A DNA stretch of 64,000 nt. Origin: Laetmonice hystrix. Its lineage: Eukaryota. This document shows positions 13,934 through 49,400 of the stretch, in pieces. Both the position numbers and the translations under genes were made by a program. Every line of letters begins with the position of its first letter. Within the stretch, counting starts at the first letter, position 1. The notes under the pieces were generated by a model. It was not told the DNA's origin. It ran no database searches and saw only the letters and a list, made by a program, of their open reading frames with translations. The stretch covers positions 9,300,001 through 9,364,000 of the forward strand of contig OZ249449.1 in assembly GCA_965235115.1 (NCBI GenBank), in the 5' to 3' direction.

Positions 13934-14366
13934 CAGGGGTGGCGTTTGGACTCGACCGGTCGACCGAGGCGACTAAAAATGAGCCCGGGCGACTAGGCAT
14001 TTACAGAACACACGCCCAGTTGGCGACTAGCAAATTCTGGGGACATAGATCTAGACCATGATATCAGTAAACTTGCAGACGACAACCCTGATTATCTAAC
14101 AACATGTGGAGATATCTACAAGGAGTAGCCCCCCCACCTCCCAAAAAAGTCAAATTAGGTGACGAACAGCGGAAGGAGCATGACAGAGAGTATGAAAAGT
14201 TGAGATGCAGATCATTCTTTGCAGGGTGGCAGAAAGGGAGAGAATGGCTAATCTACAGAATCTGAATGTTTAGACTCTGGGCTAGCAATTTTTCATCCGG
14301 GCTAGTTGATTTTTTACTTTACTAGCCCGGCAGGCTAGTTCCTAAAAACTTTAATTTCCACCCCTG
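13934..14366 (+). mobile_element. Non-autonomous hAT-type DNA transposon derivative retaining the transposase N-terminus
   Basis: TIR CAGGGGTGG / CCACCCCTG; subterminal (g/c)gactag and ggctag repeats; ORF 14104-14265 MWRYLQGVAPPPPKKVKLGDEQRKEHDREYEKLRCRSFFAGWQKGREWLIYRI resembles the start of ZNF862-like hAT transposases; AACTG on both flanks. Confidence 0.75.
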
Positions 14367-16565
14367 AACTGTTGATATTTACCTTGAAAACCGTCCCAAA
14401 ACACGAATGACGTCATAACGTCTTGATGTTACTATCAACATGTCCACCAAGTTTGACTTATATATCTTGAAAAACGACCGACCTGTGTTTACTATGACTA
14501 CAACTACTACTATGCAAATAATACAATTCAGACAAACAGAAACCGTACCATTTCAAGATCCTATTCCCCTAGGGAGGGATCATGGGATAATAAAACAACT
14601 TGATTTAAATTACCTCCTATTTGTACATTTACAAGTAGTCAGAAAGATGCCAGACCATTGATACCATGTTTGTGTCTTACTGTAATCTCTGATTCCGTAA
14701 CTGGGGTTAAACACTTATTCAGGCATGTATGCTCATTGGGTCAAATACGGTACCTTGATTTACCCAACAACACTTTGTGAATATTATATGACTTTATATA
14801 ATAGATTCACAACTTCTGAGGCAAAGTACAATTTCACGACACAAGTTTTTCTTACATGAGCAAGGCAAGTAAAGTTTGAAACTCCCTTGTGAGAGATAGA
14901 GGCCAGAATGAATTGACTTATCTTGAAATCATTACCTCATTACCTCGTACCTAGCCCCAACCCCATTACCAAATTTTTTCTCACCAGATTTGTGCAAATT
15001 TTGTGGGTGAACAATTTTACCCCAAATCCAAGGTGGGATATGTCTTTCATGGATTTAAAAAAAATCTTATTCACTTCTTATGTTATGGCTTAGGTGATGC
15101 AAAAAAAAGTAAATTCCTTTCTCCCATTTTTTTTTACCAGAATTTAAAGCTTTGGTTTCCGTTGCGAAATTGTCACGGCCTGTTTGTCAGAGGTTCCAGA
15201 ATGTCTCTTAATTATATAGGCTTGTCATTCTCTTTGTCAAAGGCTGTAGGATATTTACTCCTATAGCTGGAGCCCCTCCATTCAAACAATCTAGTCTAGG
15301 CCTCCCTCATATATGGCCTAGTTCACAATGTAATTCAAGTTAAATATAACTACCTTGGCGGGAATAACCTGGGGCCTTCTAACATAATACTTCCAACCAT
15401 TGTCAAGCATAAAACCTTGGGCTATACAAAGATCAAAGACTATGGGATTATTTGGGAGAAGATAGGCCTATATAATTATCCTCAAGATCTACATTACAAA
15501 ACCTCTGCATACATTAAGTTGTTGTATTCAGGACTCAACACCACACACAGCTCAGGTTAAATTAACACTCATAGTTTTTAAAAAGCAATAACATCAGATT
15601 TTTTTGGGGTGGGGGGTGGGGGGGGGGTGCCCGAGGGAGGAGTTTTTATATTGTATCCAGTAGGTCCTCTGTAATTACTAGTACTGATTTCTTATCCTCA
15701 CTGGTACTAGAGAGCTGCGTGGTACTCTTATTTTCTATCAAACTTTTTATTTTCTTAAAAAAACTTATTCAGTTCAACTCAACTTCAAGTCTCCATAACA
15801 AAGAAAGGAATTATTCATAGTCATAGGCCTACAGTCAACCACCAGTCAGGTATGTAGTTAATATTATAATTGGATACATGACAGGAAGTGGGGGCGGGGG
15901 GGGGGGGGGTCGGTGCATGGGGGAGGGGAAGGCATGGCGGGGGGGGGGGGCTGAAACTAGTACCGACACTGGTTGAAATGTAGGCTACAGTCAGTGTACC
16001 CGGTACCGTACGTAAAACTAGTTTACGATATAGTCTAGACAGCATGCTGTCTCCAATGCCAATGTGAATGGCCTAGTACAATTTAGGTAAATAGAACGCT
16101 TGGTCTGGCCTGCTCGGCAAGGCCTCTAGGCTCTACGTGTGACAGCCAGCAGTAGGCCTAGCCACTAAACATGCTAAACTAAGCAAACGAGTGTACGCCG
16201 ACCAGCAGCCAGTCTAGCCGTGCCTGGTACAAAATCATTTAGGCCTAGTCGGCCTAGGCCTACGTCTTGCCGCAGTAAGCTTTTTAATGCTTACAATACC
16301 CGGTGTCTATGTATATGCGACTTGTTTGGTCACGGTTGAGTTGATGCTAGGAGCCCGCCAACACCGGGTTGTCGTACCCACCATATCCCCCCCCCCCTCC
16401 CCGCCCCTATCGGCGGCAGGGCCCCCCTTACAATCGTTGTTCACCCCGATCATCGCTCACAATAATAATCAATACCCGACTCAATCACGCCGCTAACCGT
16501 CGCCGACAGTTCCCTACCGAGGCAGCGCGGACAGCTAGTTTCGATAGAATCCAAATTAAACTTAC

Positions 16566-17000
16566 CAGAACTAAGTTTGTCTTGTTTTTTTAACGACTGC
16601 ACAGTGTTGTGTTTGGCGGCTTTCGGCGTGGACTGACAGCTACACATCGCTTTGTCTGCGCCCACCTCGGGTTTCTGAATGTATGCATTTTGCACGGCGG
16701 CTTTCGCCAGCCGCCACCACCTCGGGCACATTACCGGACCCTAGCGGACACTGAAGGAACTACAACTAGCGGATGCACCGCCCTCTTGTGGCAATCATCG
16801 GTAATTCACCCAGGCTGGGTGCGGCCTGTAATCTAGTTACGGCCTACAGTTCTATGGCCCGACAAGAGCTCAGTGGGCCCAGTCTACACTCTACCATTCT
16901 TTCTAAGCGTGCCGAAAGATATTTTATAATGAGGCTAGGAGCTGTCAATTTGTAAACTGGGCTGGGGAGATTATTAGCTGGTTCTTTGCCTAGGGCTAGT
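16566..17000 (-). promoter_or_regulatory. Probable promoter and first (non-coding) exon of gene B
   Basis: CpG/GC-rich segment ending in a strong donor TCTG|gtaagt at 16566; next acceptor at 13106. TSS not determinable. Confidence 0.55.
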
Positions 17001-17049
17001 TCGTTCATCTATCATGTTTTCTTTGGGTGTAGGCCTAGTGAATATTTAA

Positions 17050-17616
17050 AGGAAAATGTTATGTGAGTGTTCGAATCGACCACCAGAATTTTCAAAATAT
17101 TTTTATGGGGGATAGCCTTTGTCCTTAGGAGTACAAAGAAACAAAACTAAAATCATATGTCACCGAATTAGATTTTGTTTATGCAGCCTCCATAAAAAAT
17201 GGGTCTTTACTATAGGTTTCAATGGGATTTTTCGGACATTTTGACTAATAGTTAAATGACCACCAATTTTCTCCTGAAACTCGGTCACAAGATAAAGTGG
17301 ATCAGGACTAATAGTTTAAAACAAAATAAATTTGGGGTTACCGAATCAAAACAAAAGTTACCGCCTGCCAAACAGTCAGTGCCTTGGTAAAACACGGGTC
17401 TTAACTATAGCATTCAATGGAGTAGACAGGTTCTGGCACACAGTTGGGTTTATGGTTTAAAAAATACTACTGATTTCAAAATCAAACTAGTTGACTGCAT
17501 AAATAAGCCAAACATTTTTCTGTTAAAGCTCACTACGCGGCGCTTTAAATACTCACATTTCCCCCGTGGTACCAACGCGACTCACTAGGTGGCGCTTTAA
17601 ACACTCATATTTCCCT
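17050..17616. mobile_element. 567-bp Kolobok/T2-like MITE (copy 1)
   Basis: TTAA at 17046-17049 and 17617-17620; TIR-like AGGAAAATG(TTAT)GTGAGTGTT / AACACTCATATTTCCCT; homologous in reverse to 52572-52793 plus 54114-54473. Confidence 0.9.
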
Positions 17617-18632
17617 TTAAGAGTCGAATGATCAACCGATGGCCTACGGAATTTTGTTGAGCAGAACCTCTGGCGATCTGTGCTGAATAGTGCCGTACAA
17701 CCCGCAAGATGGCAGTTCGTGGACCCTCGTGCTGCCGTCTGGTGTTCTTTAAACCTATTGCTGCTTTAGGTTTCTCAAACTCCCACTAGTAGGCGCTGCC
17801 GTATATCGACTGTTAACCTTTGTTGCAGACTGCCACTGGTATCGTTTCCGCGACAAAAACTCTTAAATAAATTTCCCACCTGGGTCCCCCCCCCAACCCT
17901 ATATTTTAATTAGATCGCATCAATGATTAGCATGCAAGATGTGTTTTATACAGACTGAAAAGGTTTTTGAAAAAGGGGGTTTGACAGAAAAAGCTGGCAA
18001 AAAAAGGGGAGTACAACAAAGAAAGGAGCTCAACAGGGGTCATGCGAGGAAATTAATATAGTCTGCCCTAATCTAAGCAAATGAACTTGACAAGATGTCA
18101 AATTGGGAGGTTTATTCTTCCAGGGTTTCCTGGAGTGGAGGATTTTATATTGGAGGGAGTTGAAGGCACGGGGTTAACTGGGGTAATTCTTTTTTTTGGG
18201 GGGGGGGGCTCCCAAAACGGGCCTGCAAGAACCCCTGGCTTCACAGCAGGCCTGAGCTCAAAAGAACTTCAAATGGTGAAATCTTTAACATAAAAACATG
18301 AACATTAGTAGATGTCAGAATAACGCAACTCTGAAATACTTTGAACAACAACTTGAGAATTTATTCTTACAGAACGTGGTAACGATATCACTTCATGCAT
18401 CCTGCAAGACGATTTCAACCACTCTGTTTGATGACCTTGTCTACATCTATAAACAGTCCAAATTAGAAAACAAGAATGGTAATTATCATGTACAGCAGGC
18501 AGTAGGCAGAGGCCTGCCACAGAGTTTCATGGATACAAGCAGAGTGGGATGTCAGAAGACCTGCATCAAATATTTACATGGTTGGGAGGGGAGAAGAAGT
18601 TTCACCATCAGGCATCCAGCCAGCATCAAGTT

Positions 18633-19552
18633 CTAAATCTTCACTTTTCTGACAAGTTTTTTTTTGTTTTTTGTTTTTTTGTTTTTTTTTGGCGCCCCCT
18701 TTGTCAGGGGCAGTTTGGGGCGAGGATCGAGATAACTGATTGGTATACACAGCGGGTTCAGACTGTGCAGAGCAGGTCGTTTCATCCTCTTCTTCATCTT
18801 TTTTGCAGCACAGTCAGAATCGGCCTCCGTTATCTGTTCCGCTGGCCTCTTCTTGCCTCTAGACCGTCCCATACTCTGGCATTCTGATTGGCCACTTGTG
18901 GACGCCTGTGATACGACACCAGACGCCATGTTACTGGCACTGCTTTTGGTTTTTACTTGACTTCCGCTGTTTACATTACTAGACACAGATCCCTTTGACG
19001 CAGTCGGGGAGGGCAAAGATTTTGAGACAATTCCTCCACCGGCTGAACTAGTCAAGTTAAATGACTTCTGACCCCTTGAGCAAGAAAGCCGTTCCAACAT
19101 CACAGTGGGAGACTTAGCTCGTAAAGTTTCTTTCTCAGTGCCAGACTCGTTCCTTTCACTGCCACCAGGTGGCATCACTGGGTGCCCCTCAGAGGTTTTT
19201 GTACTACTAGGTGTCGCCACTGTACATACCTTGGCTGAATTCATCCCACTAGGTGTCACTCCTGTTGCTAAACGTGGTCCTTGTTTTGTGACTACAGAAC
19301 CCTTACCACTGGTCGCACTAGATCCAGCCTCGGCTTTATTTCCTTGAGTTCCATCAGGTGTCAGTTTTCCTGTTTCGGTACCATGAGGTGTAATGATTGG
19401 TTCAAAGCGATATCGGCCTGGTGGGAGGACAAACCCAGGCGGGAAGCTGAGGTGAACTTTTTGCTGTTTTGTTCCAGGAACCATTATTTTCGGCACAGGA
19501 ACTGGAATCATGGCTCCCCGGGGTCCGGGAAGAAGTAACATCCGCGTGTCGC
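18633..19552 (-). CDS. SNAPC2: SNAPC2 terminal exon (S/T/G-rich region, conserved LNPxxIP motif, Lys-rich tail)
   Basis: Acceptor ccatatag|GC at 19552 (phase 1); ORF 18633..19613; AATAAA on the minus strand near 18360. Confidence 0.8.
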
Positions 19553-22500
19553 CTATATGGAAACATATTAAATGTATCGGTATGGTTACCAGAACCCTTT
19601 CATGAATTACCAAAATTTAAGCCCAAGTTTAAATCTCAAGCTCAAATTTAAATACATATCAGCAAATCTACATTTCGCTCCTTGAGATAAAAACTGCATC
19701 TTGAGGACTAAAGTAGTCCTCATGATGCAGCACAAGTTTTTTCAATTATATTTTTCCATAATAAGAAAACTGTGTTACGAATGACTACATCCCTTACCCA
19801 AATTTTTCACCAATGGAAAAGGTTGTGTTCCACCTGGGGTCGGTGATGAGACTGTTGCAGCGGCAGGCTGACTGCTGGGGTTTTTCGCAGGCAGTGGCAC
19901 CTGTTTGTTGTCCGTTTTCTTCCCTTTAACATTCTGACCTGAGAATTGATTGAAAATATTCAAAAGTAGTTCCAGACAAATATGACAGAGTTGACAAAAC
20001 TGGAACATCTCTGTTGCTCAGCTCGCCAGGCATTGCAGGATAAAGGTCATGGATTCCTCAAATACTCACCAGGGTTTTTGTGAGTTTCACCATCAGGTGT
20101 CACGTTTGAAGATGTTGTGGCAGTAGGTTGGCTGCAGGAAGGTTTTACCTGTGGGGCCTCCTTTGCTGGAATCCCATTTATCTCCGTAAAATCGAAATCT
20201 GAACATTGAGGGGAAAAAAATTGAAAAAAAAGACAACCATTGAAAAATCATGCAAAAAGTAGAGCTATCTGGTGGCCAAATGTTAGATGACCACTAGGTG
20301 GCGTTCACCTACCATTATGACCATTTAGGCTACACACTGAGTCCTAAACCCACCCCCACCCTAAAAAGTCTGATCCTAAGAAAACCATCCAAGTATATTT
20401 TACTGAAAACTGTACAATAGTTCTGTAAAGCAAACAAACTTACCATTTTCAAGGGCTCTGCGATTGGCTTCATAGACTTCTTCTGGGTTCTGGCCTTTTG
20501 TCGGTCCCTTCAATAACTGGTACTTCTGAAGCATTAATCTACGCTGAACACTGGTGTCCAAGCTGCGCAGAAATGTATTTGTATCTTTGAGCAGTTCCAC
20601 TATAACTGCAGCACCTGTTAAAAAACCAACAGAGGAAATGTCATGATATTTTACCATATCCACACACAAAAAAAAAATAATAATAATTCTAAACACTGAA
20701 TTCAAAAGATGAACTCAAGAGTTTTACCTGCCCTGCATGATTAAAGAACGGACGTGCCCTTCCCTCTCCCCCACTCGGACACATTAGTATTTATTTATAA
20801 TAAGACTTTTTTTAAAAACCCAAGATAGTTTCCTTTTTTCGTACGGTTATTAAGATGCTGGAATAAGTGAACCATGTAAAAATAAAACTCAAAGTAACGA
20901 AGTAGGAAGGAAGTAATTAACGAATGTAAAGGTTCCTTACTTAAATCCTGCAGGGGCGGCAAATCGTCCCCAGAAAGCAGTGCAGCCAGATACTGGTAGA
21001 TATTACTGTAGTCAGCGTCCCGATACGTACGTAGTGGAACGTGAGGTTCCAAGTTCCCTGCTAAGGATAGCACCTGAAACAAGTAAGCCCAGGTAGTAGG
21101 TTTTTAAAGTTACACTCCACTGTACCAATATATCCATGCATAAAGTAAATATAATCTGGCTACCATATTGGTCCATCTTTCTTAACAAAATACTATTTTG
21201 TCTTAGGATGCCAAGATTTCCATTTCTAGAGGGGAGACCACCCCCCCCCCCCCCCCCCATTAAAAAAACCCAATACAAATGCTGTTAAAAACCATAATAA
21301 ATATTACCTTTGATATGCTCATCGCGTGGTCCTCAATTCCATACGTCAGCTCCTCAGCCAAATGCAGCCAAATCTAGGTCAATGGTCAAAGAGGAAGAGG
21401 AATTAACTAAAAACTAGCAAACCTCCACAACTTTGCAAAGTGATCCACAAACCTTTGTTCTTTATTGGCCGATGATTCATTGATTGGGTTAGCCCTAATA
21501 TTCTTCACCCCCCCCCCCTCTGTGTGTATCAAAACAGTAGTATATTTGTTTTCTTATTTGGAAGGGGGAAGCAGAATTTTCAGAATAGTCATTGCAAAAC
21601 AAGGCAACTAACTTACCTCCAACGAAGAATTTGAATCAGAATCTATCTTCGGAGTGATACCTTTCAAGCCATAGAAAAAAACGTATTATTAGTTTACAAT
21701 AGTCCCTTGCGCTTTGCTGATAAATGTTGACAATTTCAAATCTCCATAATATCTATCATGTTTGCAATTATCTACATGGGGCAATGCAACAAAATCATTC
21801 AGTTACAATATGTTACCATCATTAAAGCAATTATCTGAGCCTTACCGGAATCTCCTAAACTATCAATATAAAGATTATTAAAATAAACTTTTCTAATTGA
21901 TGAGTATACTCTAGAGGTATGTGTATGTGGCATCAAGTACTCACGTTTTGCTCGTAATGATAAACTGTGCAGGTAAAACTGCACCTAATAACAAAAAATA
22001 CCCAAGTTAAACAAAATAACAATGGAACATATATTTTCCACGTTAGACAATATAACAAAAGATGTCTTTTTGGATCATGATATATTGATAAAGGAAACAC
22101 CAAACTAGTCAACATTGAGTCAAAAAGATTTAGATTTAAAATTATCTGCCTCAAACCTGGCCAGTATTAACACTGAAGTCTAGGTCCTACCTCTTTTGCC
22201 GTCTTACTCTCAATACATGATGCCAGTTGTTCAACGTTGTTCTTTCCATGACTTTTTGGGGAAAACACAGAAAATACAAAAGTTACAGTTTTGCTAATGA
22301 TTTAACAGTTATCATTCACAAGAAAGACAGTAAAGTAGGGAAAGGAACTTTAGTGCCTGGACAAGTAGAAATGATCATCTGGTTGCCCACGAGACTAGTA
22401 GAGATTTGGGTCCCCCTGTACATCACTAAAAGGATTTTTATCATCAGTTAGGAAAAACCTAAATTTTGCCTTTTTTGAATTTTTTTATGGAAGAAAAACC

Positions 22501-22940
22501 AGAACTTTTTATAATCACTGTTTTTGTTGAGAAATGGAAACTTTATGCGTTGTGGGTCTGAAATTTTTGTTATCGTATCACAGTATGCGATCTACAACTT
22601 CATTCCTCGTCCAACCTTTGGGTTGCTAAAAAATGTGAAGCACATAAAAACCCTGCTGTTATACAAGGCATTAACTTGTCAAAAGTGAACTGGGGTACTG
22701 CTGCAATACTATTGCAATACAAAATTGGTTTTGTGTAACAAAAAATTGTTATGCATTTTCCATCCAACATTTTGGACCCTGTGTGTTACTCTAAAGATGT
22801 CCATAGGCATAGACATAGTGATCTTGGTCTTACGTTTTGAGTGCTTCTAGGAGCTGACGTCTCTCTTTCAACGTCCATTTTGATTTTGTTATAAGCTCGA
22901 TCTTCTGTGTCTGCTTGCGTTGACGTTTTGGCCGTTCCAT
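18633..22940 (-). CDS. SNAPC2: snRNA-activating protein complex subunit 2 (SNAP45). Coding exons 22940-22834, 22251-22191, 21984-21945, (21854-21846 optional), 21660-21617, 21373-21308, 21073-20941, 20614-20444, 20198-20070, 19938-19798, 19552-18633
   Basis: All junctions GT-AG and phase-matched. MERPKRQRK..KWTLKERRQLLEALK, LEIWLHLAEELT, DYSNIYQYLAALL..LSAAVIVELL and LNPLCIPISYL parallel recalled human SNAPC2 motifs (WSAREKRQLVRLL, IEVWTDLAEKIT, DFEKIYKYLSS..SAVVLDLL, LNPFLVPLELL). Confidence 0.85.
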
Positions 22941-23539
22941 GTTGAGGTGCTTTTGCAAGCTCTTTCAAACATAAAAAATATGATTTTTCATATGATGGAC
23001 CCCCTTCTTTCCTTTTTTTAAAATTCATCTTGACATTGGCTGGTCTCAGTTTGCCAAATTCTACGAGCCAGCTGGCTAAAGACTTAAAATTGGGAGCCAA
23101 GTCGCAACCTTTAAGGGAAGCTTACACCACCCTTTTAAGTTTTAATCTGTACCCAAAATCACAATTCAAAGTGCATGCCAACCACATATGTCACGGTCAC
23201 ACCAGTTGCCAATTTGGGTTGCAACGTTGTCGTTGAGCCCTATTTAGAAGGGGGAAAATGTTGTTATAAATGATTAGATCAATATCATGATTCGGGGCCA
23301 ATTATTAGTCTCCTATTTTCTAGATATGATATCTCCTTCTTTTCCAAAATTATGAAAATACACATTCAACATTCATAAACAGTTCAATATTATTAATATT
23401 ATTCAAGCTCCTTCGTCTGTTTTAAAACTGCGTCTCTCACACAGTAAATCACTAAATGATCCGCACCCGGCTTTCGCTCAAGGGCACCTATGACGAAGTA
23501 CATAACATTAATGACCGACGACGTTTCGATGTTGGCCTA

Positions 23540-24000
23540 ACTCAGTAACTGAAGCCCACCCGCTGGTCGTACGGACGACCACCGCCCCCGGCCGGGCGAG
23601 GAGCATGCGACACCGGGGCGAGGTGCACGCTATCCGGCCGGGCACCTGTCAGTTGTGCAGGCGACAAGGCGGGAAGTCTGCCGTCGCTAGCTGCCGTCAC
23701 CTCAAACGCCCAAACTAAATTGCACACATCTAACTTCTGAAGCAAAACATGATTGTAGGGACCTAATTTAGGAAACTTTACAAGCGTTTCTTATTCTTTA
23801 CCTCGGTATCGAAACCGAATCCAACCTAAAACCTTCAGAACTCGAACTCATGCGCTCGTGATGCGTGCGCTGACGAACTGGCGGTCCGCCATAGTAACAC
23901 ACATATCAATGACGTCATGCATTTCTGCGCCTCACGCCTCCACGGAAACAGGCGAACGGCGTTCGTAGATTTCCGACAAGAATCGGCAGATGGATGGCGG
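23540..24000. promoter_or_regulatory. Bidirectional CpG-rich promoter shared by SNAPC2 (-) and GSK3 (+)
   Basis: Divergent ATGs at 22940 and 24378; perfect CRE TGACGTCA 23910-23917; YY1-like CCGCCAT (~23886) and ATGGCGGC (23994); candidate SNAPC2 5'UTR donor CCGAG|gtaaag at 23802. Confidence 0.7.
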
Positions 24001-24377
24001 CTTGTGATTGGTCCCGATCTTTTCCGAAGATAGATTCCGAGTATGGATTACTCGTCATTGTAAGACGGGAACAGCCATTGGAAACGACTTGGAACAAACA
24101 GGAATTTCCCTGTCATTTAGATGCCTTGGAATTGGCTCTTGTTCCACCCGATTAGTAAAGTTGACCCATCGGATGGTTCACAAGGAATCCATCCACCACC
24201 GGACATATATATTTAATGTATACGGAAATACGTAGCGCTCCACGGAAGGACTTTCGGGTGGTCATTTTGCTGAGATCAGGGTGTCGAGAGTGAATCCGCC
24301 TCAGGTTTTCTGAGATGTAACTGAGAGACGGTCGCTAGCCAAGTACACAGTTTTGCATTTGGATTCACGGCATTGAG

Positions 24378-46407
<22,030 letters not shown>

Positions 46408-49400
46408 AGCATCAGTGGATATCCTGGATTGCTGTGGCCAAGTCAACTGCTTCACTGAGTGGTACAGGTTGCCAGGGTAGCCATTACGAGCATCCCTGTT
46501 GCCATTGGCAACGGAGACAAAAAAAAGGCAGCCCTGGCCAGTGTAGCGGCTGATTGGCCGATCTTGGCGCTTGTCACTTAAAAACTATCTCAAGCAAACA
46601 ATGCCAGGCTGTGTATATATATATATTTCAATGAAATGTCAGTCAAGTATGTTTTAACAAAATTTAGATCACCTAGGCTCACAGAGGAGGTATCCCGACC
46701 AGTAAGAAGACGGAGACAGGCCGACCGTGGGTTCCCTGTACTCGGTGCCCGTTATATGCCCTACAGTGCAAAAAAAACACCCTACAAACTGAGGCAGGAT
46801 ACGCTGAGGGGAAATGGTTGCAGACTGGATGTAGTCTTGGTGGTGGGACGACGTAGAGGATGCTCGTGGCACCTTCTCAGCTCCCACGGCCACCGGTGCC
46901 GCTGTGATTAGTAACTGTGAATCTATGAACGGGTGCTGCCCCCTTGTGTATACAGTGGGAAACATTAGTTGAAGCGTAAAAAAAATTTTGCCCCTCCCCC
47001 CAACACCCCTGTGAATGGGGGGTGCTGGCACGCCTCTTAAACAATTGTTACATCCACAAACCCTGGATTTTAATAAGTGGAGAATTTGATGAAAAATCAG
47101 TCATGTTGCCTGAGAGTCCGCAGGTGGACGGTGTGCATGCGTTACCATTAGCAACAGGCCAGGTTTGTTTTTATCTCTGCAAAGGTTTACTAGCCTCCAT
47201 GTCAGCGATGGTTACCATGGTAACAATATCGTTCGGGTGACATTTTAGATATCAGTGGCGCCTTGACACAGTGTATATATTAAATTCTAGTATCTACAGA
47301 AGGAATACATTAATACTACATAGTGACAGGATGAAGAGATGAGGAAGAAATGACGGATACCCTTCGAGGGCCAACCATAAACCACCTCCCTACCAATCTG
47401 CACGATATCATCGAAAAAACAAACAGACTCGCTCTCAAAAACATTCTCGAGTGGCTGAGAAACAGTGAACCGACTTTCAGTGTATTTTAAGAGGCTCTTC
47501 AAATTTATATGGTCTTTGAGACATCTAGGTAAAAAAGAAAATTATGTATCCAAAGCAGATAGTTCGTCTAGCCCAGAATATTGTGATTTGATATATCTGT
47601 AATATTAGGACCACAGAAAATGTTAAAGACGTTGACTTATCACGTTTGCTCAGCAAAGTTTAGATACAATGCTCTTTGATGTCAGCAATATTCATCGCAA
47701 CAACAAGGTTTTGTCGTTTTTTTTAACATGAATATGACTCTCTCTTGCATGTAAGTTACCTTAAGTTATGGCACACTCATGCGGCCCAACATTGGCGTAA
47801 ATGGTGATCGTTAATTATCATTATTAATATTATTAATACCTAACGCTTGGTACAGTCTTTGACCTCGGCTGTAACAGAAGAGTTTCTAGCTGTGTACAGG
47901 TAGGGCCTTAGTGTTGTGTTGTGCTACGTTAAAACAGCCTCAAGTGGAGCGAAACGGAGGCAGATTCTGGCTATAGAAGCTGGGGGGGGAGGGTTACCTC
48001 CTGGTGTTGGATGGTGTAAACACGACACAAAGTGGTGACGTTTAAAATCAATGTCTTGCCAAACAGACTTGTGATGTTAAAAGGTAGTTCCAACAATGGA
48101 CCCTGTCGAGGGCCAGGCGTAGCTCCAAACCGTGCATATGTTTTGTAGAGAGCTTCAGTGTGAATTTACAACAAGAAAGCCGGTGACTTGTGTTCAATAT
48201 GGGGTGCTCCAAAACAGCACTCCAAACCATAGCTTCACTTCAGTCCGTCTGCTCGGTGGTATGCCTCCTTGTTACCTTATTTGTGATAACAAGTGTCTGT
48301 GTACCGTGAAACAAAAAAAGGCCTTATAAGATCAAGTATTGTTTTTTGTTTTTTTTGGGTTGTTTTTTTTTCTGAAAGGGGAAAAGAGCCACCCCGAACT
48401 GCTGAGTGGATTTTTTTGATTAAATACGTGTACCTTGTTTCTCCAGTTTCAGGTATCAAGACTGCCACCTAGTGGCAGTACAAAGAACCACTGCTGGCCA
48501 TTGGCCCCAGATATACAATTAAGCATTATTTAAAGACCTTCAAGATAAAAAAAAATAGTTCCCTTTACCCCCACCAGGTGGAGCCTCAATTATAGAATTG
48601 GATAGTAATGAAAAATACATGTGTCTTTAGGGACGGCTGTCTCCTGGTTACAGCTGTTGCTATGGTGATGTAATTAGTAGGTACCTCTGCACAGTTGCAC
48701 GGATAGAGCACTCAGTAGTTGCCATAGATATTTATGTGATTTATAAGCAGCGTGTTTTGTAATCAGCAGCTGCAATTATTGAGACACTCGTGCCATCTAG
48801 TGTACAATCAGATAGAGCTGGTTTGGGGGTCGCTTTGCGGCTCTAGTTAACCAAAATAGTCGTACTTTGTAAGCAATTGGATAGATTAAAGGGAATTCAA
48901 AGTGAATTTGCTGGCTGCTAAAAGGAAGCAGTGCCATCTAGTGTCAGACAGCCGGGTTTATTTTCTAGCATGACGTCATCTTCTGTCTCCACGCCCGGTC
49001 GCTGGACTGTATCTCGCATTACGATTACCCAACTTGGGTGTTGAAATCCAGCTGACCTACTGACCCACTTTGTTGACCCATTGACCTATTTCTGAGCCGC
49101 CAGAGGTCAGCGTTCTCCTCTGAGCCACATAGTGGTGGATCCCCATTGGCTCTGACTAACTGATCTGACCCAGTTCCGACAGGCCGACCTACTTGGGAGG
49201 TTCCAGTTGTACTCAGCGATGAGTCTGGTGTTCGAGCAGAGCAAACTAATTTCTGTTTCAATGAATAACTTAAATCGTTCTTGTGAGGTGACTGATAGTA
49301 ATTGTGTCACTTCCATGAGCTGTCGTAGATGGGTTCAGGGTTAGTGCAGCAGGCGGACTCAACATTGGTCACAACCAGAGCCCTCTGGTGGGCTGTAACG

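Noticed and set aside
22786-23100. 104-aa ORF-track call
   Set aside because: Wrong frame; the real SNAPC2 first coding exon (22940-22834) is in a different frame.
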